NCBI GenBank assembly: GCA_030628375.1
Contig: DAOVRD010000001.1
Coordinates: 1-39,810, forward strand
From: Planctomycetota bacterium
Lineage (GTDB): Bacteria > Planctomycetota > Brocadiia > SM23-32
Direction of reading: 5' to 3'
Length of the DNA: 39,810 nucleotides
In this document: piece after piece, positions 35,698-39,810 of the stretch
Numbering within the stretch: position 1 is the first letter of the stretch
Layout of the letters: every line of letters starts with the position of its first letter
The notes under the pieces: generated by a model
Told to the model about the DNA's origin: nothing
The model's database searches: none
What the model saw: only the letters and a program-made list of their open reading frames with translations
Translations under genes and position numbers: made by a program

Positions 35698-36517
35698 AGC
35701 CCAGGGCCTCCAGCTTCTGCCCGGTCGTCTCCTGCTCGAGGCGGGAGCCCTCGAGGCACAGCCAGGGCACGCGCCAGAGTTCTTCGTAACCGGTGTAGCC
35801 GCATTCGTGGCCGAACTTGCCGTCTTCGCCGAGCAGCTCGCCGTGGTCCGACGTGACAATCACCCGGCGCGGGGCGAGCTGCGAGGCCAGCAAGCGGGCC
35901 GCGTGCCAGACCAGCTCGAGGTTCGCGCGGTAGGCGGCGCGGAGCTGCTCCCAGGTGATCTCGCCACGCTTGACGGCGCGTCCCGGCCGGCGCAGCTTGT
36001 GGCAGGCCTCGCCGAACTCACCGCCGGCGGGGGCCCCTGCGCCTCCCCATCGGGCGAAGGCCAGGGGCACCGCGCCGATGTAGGGCGAGTGCGGCTGCAC
36101 GTAGTGGACGACGAGGGGGCGGCCCTCCAGCCTGCCCATCTGCACGTGCGCGGCGACGACGCCGTTGACGCTCAGCGGATGCACGCTCGGGATCTGGTGC
36201 GCCGTGAATCGCCCCCACTGGCTCTGCCAGACGGGCACCATCTCGATCCCCGCCTGCCGGCCGGCGGGCAGGTCCAGCCCGCACTTGCGCACTTCGCGGT
36301 CCACCACGGGATTGGCGCTGAAGTAGACGGCGCCGCGTTCCTGGAGGAGCGGGCCGGCAGCGCGGATCCAGGCGGGCGTGCACGGCCCGGCCGCGCGCAC
36401 GACCTCCGCGACGGCGCACGTCTCGGCGAAGGTGTCGGCGCGGCAGGCGTCCAGGACGATCAGCACATCCCAGTCCTCCTCGCGCAGCGCTATCAACTGC
36501 TCGCGCACGTCCACCAC
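35690..36517 (-). CDS. Alkaline-phosphatase-superfamily (sulfatase/phosphotransferase-like) protein
   Basis: 275 aa: DVLIVLDACRADTF...VVHYVQPHSPY...VIVTSDHGELLGEDGKFGH follows the metal-site order of the alkaline phosphatase superfamily. Confidence 0.75.
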   Translation of the reverse strand: MVDVREQLIALREEDWDVLIVLDACRADTFAETCAVAEVVRAAGPCTPAWIRAAGPLLQERGAVYFSANPVVDREVRKCGLDLPAGRQAGIEMVPVWQSQWGRFTAHQIPSVHPLSVNGVVAAHVQMGRLEGRPLVVHYVQPHSPYIGAVPLAFARWGGAGAPAGGEFGEACHKLRRPGRAVKRGEITWEQLRAAYRANLELVWHAARLLASQLAPRRVIVTSDHGELLGEDGKFGHECGYTGYEELWRVPWLCLEGSRLEQETTGQKLEALGYA

Positions 36518-36562
36518 CTTTCGTAGGGGCCCGGCAAGTTCATCCCGAGCGAAGTCGAGGGG

Positions 36563-36696
36563 CCGTGCCCACAGCAGTCAGCAGACAGTAGGTAGCAGAC
36601 TGCAGGCCGTAGGCTGCAGGCTGGAGGCTTGTGCGCCTCTGGCGCATACCTGCCGTCTGCAGCCACCAGCCTCCAGTCTGACTTCTGCCGTCCTAC
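36563..36696. repeat. GC-rich repeat (copy c): imperfect ~100-nt inverted repeat (REPIN-like) filling an intergenic gap
   Basis: Centre is TGCGCCtctGGCGCA (36632-36646). By hand alignment the flanking arms match about 24 of 32 positions as reverse complements. The minus-strand GTAG at 36693-36696 supplies the stop of the small membrane ORF. Confidence 0.75.
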
Positions 36697-36878
36697 TTCT
36701 CCTTCGCGGGCGAGCGCATGCCCAGCTTGAGTGCGGCATCCTCGACGGTGATCGCGCCGACTTCCGCCATGATGATGCCCGGAATCCAGAACGGGTGTCC
36801 CGTCAGGGCGGCGCTCACGCACGCGCCGACGGTCAGCCAGAACTTCCTCGACTGCAACAGTGCCTTGATGAAGCCCAT
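36693..36878 (-). CDS. Small membrane protein (61 aa), unknown function
   Basis: ATG at 36878 with a strong GAGGAGG RBS 6 nt upstream, within track ORF 36693-36959. MGFIKALLQSRKFWLTVGACVSAALTGHPFWIPGIIMAEVGAITV has two hydrophobic segments. Confidence 0.65.
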   Translation of the reverse strand: MGFIKALLQSRKFWLTVGACVSAALTGHPFWIPGIIMAEVGAITVEDAALKLGMRSPAKEK

Positions 36879-36928
36879 GATGGACCTCCTCTTCCTGAAG
36901 GAAGGGCATCCGCCGTCGCCAAGGCTAT

Positions 36929-36946
36929 GGCGGACCGTGCCCCTAC
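36929..36946. repeat. Half REP-like element whose GTAG provides the stop codon of the 884-codon ORF
   Basis: GGCGGACCGTGCCCCTAC. Minus strand reads ...ACG TAG GGGCACGGTCCGCC. Confidence 0.75.
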
Positions 36947-39597
36947 GTGCGACTGGCAAGCCATTCCTTGATGAGGGTGATGTAGCGGTCGCGGCGTTGA
37001 TAGTGGCCCGACTCAGACGATGCGCTCGACCCGCCCTGCGACAGCTCCTTCCACCGGTGCCCCAGCCGTGCGGGCACCAGGTGGTGGTCCTTCCGGCCGC
37101 CGCTGATGCAGAGGCTCAGGTAGACGTCGTCCTCGCGGTGGCTCAGTCCCTCGATCCCGGCGAGCAGCGGGATCTCCAGCGGCACCTTCGCCAGCAGCGC
37201 CCGACGCAGCAGCATGAAGCGACCCTTGATGATGTCGCACCTGGTGCCCTTGTGCGTGCCGTTGTGGTGGCGGCCGCGCCCGTAGTCCTTGCCCTCCACC
37301 TGGCTCCACCCGAAGAAGCCGACGATGCCGTCCGGGCACTCCTCGCCGCTGGCGGCCATCGCGTCCTCCAGCACGCGCTTGTCCTTGAACGTCAGGTCGT
37401 CGTCCATCGAGCAGACGTAGTCCGTCTCGGCCAGGCTGGCCAGCCACCAGCGCGGGAAGCAGCCCAGGTTCCGGCCGGCCTGCACCTCCAGGGCCACCAG
37501 CGGGTTCTCGACGATGGGCCGCTGCGGCCCGCCGTTCTGGCTGAACTGCACGGGGTCACCGTTGTTCCAGAGAAACACCTGCGCCTTGACGGTCTGCGCG
37601 GCGATGCTGTCCAGGACCCGGCCGATATTCTCCGGCCGCTGCCAGTTCAGAAGACACACAGTCACGAGGGGCTTCCCGTTGCCGTGGGCGCTTCGCGAAG
37701 CGCCCCTACTGCCTGCGGCCTGCTGTCTGCTGCCTGCTGTCTGTTTGCGCTCCTTCTTCAGCTCCTCGTCCACGATCTGCATGCGGTCGGCCGAGGGGTT
37801 GACGAGGATGCGCCCCCCGGGTCTCAGCAGGCCCTGTGCAGCGGCCTTGCACCGGTCCTGCATCTCGCCTGCAATCAGCACCAGGTCGAAGCCGTCCCCC
37901 CGCCACTTGGCCGGACAACTGGCGTAGGGGCACGGCGCGCCGTGCCCTGCCGTGAGTTTCACCTGTGCCAGCTTGATGCCGTTCGCCTGGCAGATGTCGT
38001 GCCAGTTGCCGGCGCGGTGGCCGGGCATCTCGATGCAGAAGACCTCCGCCTTCGGCAGCAGGCGCCGCACCAGCAGCGTGGACTCCCCCGGCCGCCATTG
38101 CAGAACACGCAGACGGCAGGCTGGAGACTGGAGGCTGGAGACCGCAGGTACAGCTTGCTTCTTGGCCGTACCTCCTGCCCGCAGCCTACGGACTGCGGCC
38201 TCGATTTCTGGTAGCCATGCGTGCTCGGGATGCGGCTCGGTGATGGGGGCCCGCTTGCCGCAGAGGTGCGTGAACACCTCCTGGACGGGGCGCACCCACG
38301 GCCGAGCGCCGGGCACGGCGCGCCGTGCCCCTACAGTCTCCAGCCTCCGGTCTCCAGCCTTCCGCGCGTCCTGCGCGCGGAACGCCTCCGTGCTGATGCG
38401 GCGCGTCTCCTCGGGGCCCAGCCACTTGCGGCACCAGGGTTTGAAACGCTGCTCCCAGACCTTGCGCCCGAACAGCGTGGCCGTGCCGTGGCAGACGTTG
38501 CGCCAGTTCTCGCGCCCGGCGTCCGGCACGGGGTTCTTGCTGCGCTCGCCCTTGCCGCAGCGGTACCAGTGGCGGAACACCACGTCGCGGCTGAAGTAGA
38601 TGGGGATGTCCATCAGGAACGCCTTGATGGCCAGCACCTGCTCGCTGAATCCCCAGCGCCCGGCGATGTCATCCCAGAGGTGGCCCGTGGCGGCTTCGAG
38701 CTTCTCGGCGGTGACGCGGCTCATGGCGTAGCCGGCCCCCATCGGCGCCGGCGAGCGCGTCCACTCCTGCGGCAGCGTCTTCGCCAGGTGCAGCCACTTC
38801 GGCTGGAAGCCGTCGTTCCGGTTGGTGAACAGGTCGCAGCAGAACAGGCGGCTGCCGATCAGCACGTCCTTGCCGTCCTCGACCTTCAGCCCGTTGCTGC
38901 CGGCGCAGACGATGCACGTGTCCTGCAGTGCGCGCCGCGCCAGCGTCTCCAGGCCCCCCTCCTTCGCCGAGGCTTCGGCGGGCAGGCCCTCGGGCTTGCC
39001 CGCCATAGTCCCGCCCTGCGGGACGACGGCGGGGAACCGCATGTGGGCGTCGTGGAAGGTGACCACGTCCCCCCGGGCCGCTTTCCAGCCCGCGTTGCGT
39101 GCGCGGCCGACGCCCTGAGGTTTTTTGTGCCGCACCAGAACCACACCCTTCACCCCGGCCGCGAAGTCGCAGGAGCCGTCCGTCGAGCCGTCGTCCACCA
39201 GCACGATCTCAAGCAGGGGCGGTTCGCGAACTTTAGCCGCCTTGGCGACCGCCCCTACCGACGCGCGGAGGGACTCGACGGTGCGGCGGACCTCGGCGCC
39301 CTCGTTGAAGGCGATGATCACCGCGCTGATGCGCGGTGAGGCCGGAGGCCGGGGGCTGGAGGCCGGAGGTACGGCGCGCGGCTCGTAGAACTCACAGCCG
39401 GGGCCGCAGCGCCTGGCCGGGACGGTGGCGCCCTTGCGGGTCGGGTGGCGGCAGACGATCCGCTCGCCGCAGCAACTCGTGTGCTGCCGCACTCCCGCGT
39501 GGCGGCAGTCGAACTTGCTGGGCACGGCACGCCGTGCCCCTACGGAACGCTTCGCGCTCTCTTCTGCCCTTCGCAACTTGTTACGCAGGTTCGGCAT
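36943..39597 (-). CDS. 884-codon multidomain ORF with repeat-encoded linkers: Cys-rich N-terminus + GT2 (DxH type) + methyltransferase-like domain + second GT2-like domain. It may instead be 2-3 adjacent genes.
   Basis: Domain A: SAVIIAFNEGAE...VLVDDGSTDGS...VTFHDAHMRF. Domain B: RVLQWRPGESTLLVRRLLPKAEVFCIEMPG...GFDLVLIAGE...LLRPGGRILV. Domain C: VTVCLLNWQRPEN...CSMDDDLTF. The domains are separated by REP-like and GC-rich repeats with no stop codon, and no convincing internal RBS plus start was found. Confidence 0.7.
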   Translation of the reverse strand: MPNLRNKLRRAEESAKRSVGARRAVPSKFDCRHAGVRQHTSCCGERIVCRHPTRKGATVPARRCGPGCEFYEPRAVPPASSPRPPASPRISAVIIAFNEGAEVRRTVESLRASVGAVAKAAKVREPPLLEIVLVDDGSTDGSCDFAAGVKGVVLVRHKKPQGVGRARNAGWKAARGDVVTFHDAHMRFPAVVPQGGTMAGKPEGLPAEASAKEGGLETLARRALQDTCIVCAGSNGLKVEDGKDVLIGSRLFCCDLFTNRNDGFQPKWLHLAKTLPQEWTRSPAPMGAGYAMSRVTAEKLEAATGHLWDDIAGRWGFSEQVLAIKAFLMDIPIYFSRDVVFRHWYRCGKGERSKNPVPDAGRENWRNVCHGTATLFGRKVWEQRFKPWCRKWLGPEETRRISTEAFRAQDARKAGDRRLETVGARRAVPGARPWVRPVQEVFTHLCGKRAPITEPHPEHAWLPEIEAAVRRLRAGGTAKKQAVPAVSSLQSPACRLRVLQWRPGESTLLVRRLLPKAEVFCIEMPGHRAGNWHDICQANGIKLAQVKLTAGHGAPCPYASCPAKWRGDGFDLVLIAGEMQDRCKAAAQGLLRPGGRILVNPSADRMQIVDEELKKERKQTAGSRQQAAGSRGASRSAHGNGKPLVTVCLLNWQRPENIGRVLDSIAAQTVKAQVFLWNNGDPVQFSQNGGPQRPIVENPLVALEVQAGRNLGCFPRWWLASLAETDYVCSMDDDLTFKDKRVLEDAMAASGEECPDGIVGFFGWSQVEGKDYGRGRHHNGTHKGTRCDIIKGRFMLLRRALLAKVPLEIPLLAGIEGLSHREDDVYLSLCISGGRKDHHLVPARLGHRWKELSQGGSSASSESGHYQRRDRYITLIKEWLASRT
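37686..37709. repeat. REP-like element, variant hairpin (inside ORF)
   Basis: GGGCGCTTCGCGAAGCGCCCCTAC, whose reverse complement is GTAG + GGGCGCTTCGCGAAGCGCCC (perfect 20-bp palindrome). Confidence 0.85.
37710..37747. repeat. GC-rich repeat (copy d) with internal CCTGCTGTCTG duplication
   Basis: TGCCTGCGGCCTGCTGTCTGCTGCCTGCTGTCTGTTTG. Encodes KQTAGSRQQAAGS on the minus strand. Confidence 0.75.
37924..37947. repeat. REP-like element (inside the methyltransferase-like domain)
   Basis: GTAGGGGCACGGCGCGCCGTGCCC on the plus strand. Translated on the minus strand as TAGHGAPCPYAS. Confidence 0.9.
38109..38200. repeat. GC-rich GGCTGGAG/CTGCAG-family repeat (copy e)
   Basis: Contains GGCTGGAGACTGGAGGCTG (38119-38137) and the inverted pair GCAGGTAC...GTACCTCCTGC. 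Encodes ...GGTAKKQAVPAVSSLQSPACRL. Confidence 0.85.
38311..38334. repeat. REP-like element (inside ORF, opposite orientation to 37924)
   Basis: GGGCACGGCGCGCCGTGCCCCTAC. Translated on the minus strand as VGARRAVP. Confidence 0.9.
38335..38360. repeat. GC-rich repeat (copy f), abutting a REP-like element
   Basis: AGTCTCCAGCCTCCGGTCTCCAGCCT, the reverse orientation of the family core. Confidence 0.8.
39338..39372. repeat. GC-rich repeat (copy g)
   Basis: GAGGCCGGAGGCCGGGGGCTGGAGGCCGGAGGTAC. Encodes VPPASSPRPPASP just before the GT2 core. Confidence 0.7.
39520..39544. repeat. REP-like element (one central mismatch), codons 19-26 of the 884-codon ORF
   Basis: GGGCACGGCACGCCGTGCCCCTAC. Translated on the minus strand as VGARRAVP. 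Confidence 0.85.
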
Positions 39598-39810
39598 CCA
39601 GCTTCAGCCCCTTCTCCATTGCAATCTCGCCAGCCAGCTGCGCCGAGATGAAACCCATCTCGACCAGTTGGACCAACAAGCCCTCCTTCGAAATCACTAC
39701 CGCGATGCGGTTCACAGCAGCCTCTACAATCGGCTTCTTCTCTGCCCGCTCGCGTTCGAGCCGGGCGGCCTGCTGCGCCTCGGCCTCGGCCTCCAGGTCC
39801 ACTGGGTCCA
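39581..39810 (-). CDS. Hypothetical protein, probably N-terminally incomplete (frame open to window end)
   Basis: ...DLEAEAEAQQAARLERERAEKKPIVEAAVNRIAVVISKEGLLVQLVEMGFISAQLAGEIAMEKGLKLDAEPA. The track start at 39802 is a GTG and the frame stays open to 39810. It overlaps the next start by 17 nt. Confidence 0.5.
   Translation of the reverse strand, partial: DPVDLEAEAEAQQAARLERERAEKKPIVEAAVNRIAVVISKEGLLVQLVEMGFISAQLAGEIAMEKGLKLDAEPA

Noticed and set aside
36718-39339. Plus-strand ORFs 36718-38214 and 38221-39339
   Set aside because: They are antisense to the glycosyltransferase ORF, which carries clear DxD/DxH motifs.
33400-39550. CRISPR array or other regularly spaced repeat-spacer structure
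   Set aside because: The repeats are irregularly spaced (hundreds to thousands of bp), occur in both orientations and lie within protein-coding sequence. No cas genes are present.
33400-39550. Diversity-generating retroelement (template/variable repeats)
   Set aside because: No reverse transcriptase is in the window. The repeat copies differ by indels and rearrangements, not by adenine-specific substitutions.
1-39810. tRNA, rRNA or tmRNA genes
   Set aside because: No T-loop-like GGTTCGAATCC-type sequence in a cloverleaf context was found in any intergenic region. The one GGTTCGAA hit (about 21040) lies inside a methyltransferase CDS. This was a visual scan only.

Overview
High-G+C bacterial chromosomal segment (composition judged by eye, not computed). 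The gene content resembles PVC-type polysaccharide degraders, but that is inference only. No rRNA, tRNA or CRISPR array was recognised.

**Layout**
- 1-14.8 kb: sulfated-glycan and sugar metabolism. This includes a sulfatase that runs off the window start and is missing from the ORF track, a large polytopic membrane protein, a sugar-phosphate isomerase-like TIM barrel, a roughly 1000-aa beta-propeller protein, a GNAT, a CE4 deacetylase, an orphan HicB, a secreted beta-helix/FN3 protein, a GH4 glycosidase and a Gfo/Idh/MocA oxidoreductase.
- 14.9-22.7 kb: a visibly lower-G+C accessory stretch. It holds a mini CHAT/caspase-like protein, then a same-strand run of SDR, nucleotidyltransferase, four class I methyltransferases, a GNAT, DUF402 and a DUF2292-like protein. 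It ends with a Fic gene reduced to N- and C-terminal remnants around a 463-bp insert bounded by inverted repeats.
- 22.8-30.9 kb: URO-D-like protein, DUF1284, a Cys-cluster protein, an M19 dipeptidase, a DapA-family remnant, a second sulfatase, an orphan membrane protein behind a G10 tract, and a nitroreductase.
- 30.95-32.55 kb: an AT-richer islet encoding a small basic protein, an SDH-family ClpP-fold serine protease and a 69-aa protein.
- 32.5-39.8 kb: a minus-strand glycosyltransferase/methyltransferase cluster.

**Most unusual feature**
The glycosyltransferase cluster is riddled with two families of GC-rich repeats. One is a GTAG-plus-perfect-hairpin, REP-like palindrome. The other is a hairpin-forming family built on a GGCTGGAGACTGGAGGCTG core. 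Both sit at gene junctions, donate stop codons, and are read through in frame as N-terminal extensions and interdomain linkers, including inside an 884-codon ORF.

**Limits**
Many long track ORFs are antisense shadows typical of high-G+C DNA and were not called. All start codons and coordinates were counted by hand. Family assignments rest on motif recognition, not on searches.
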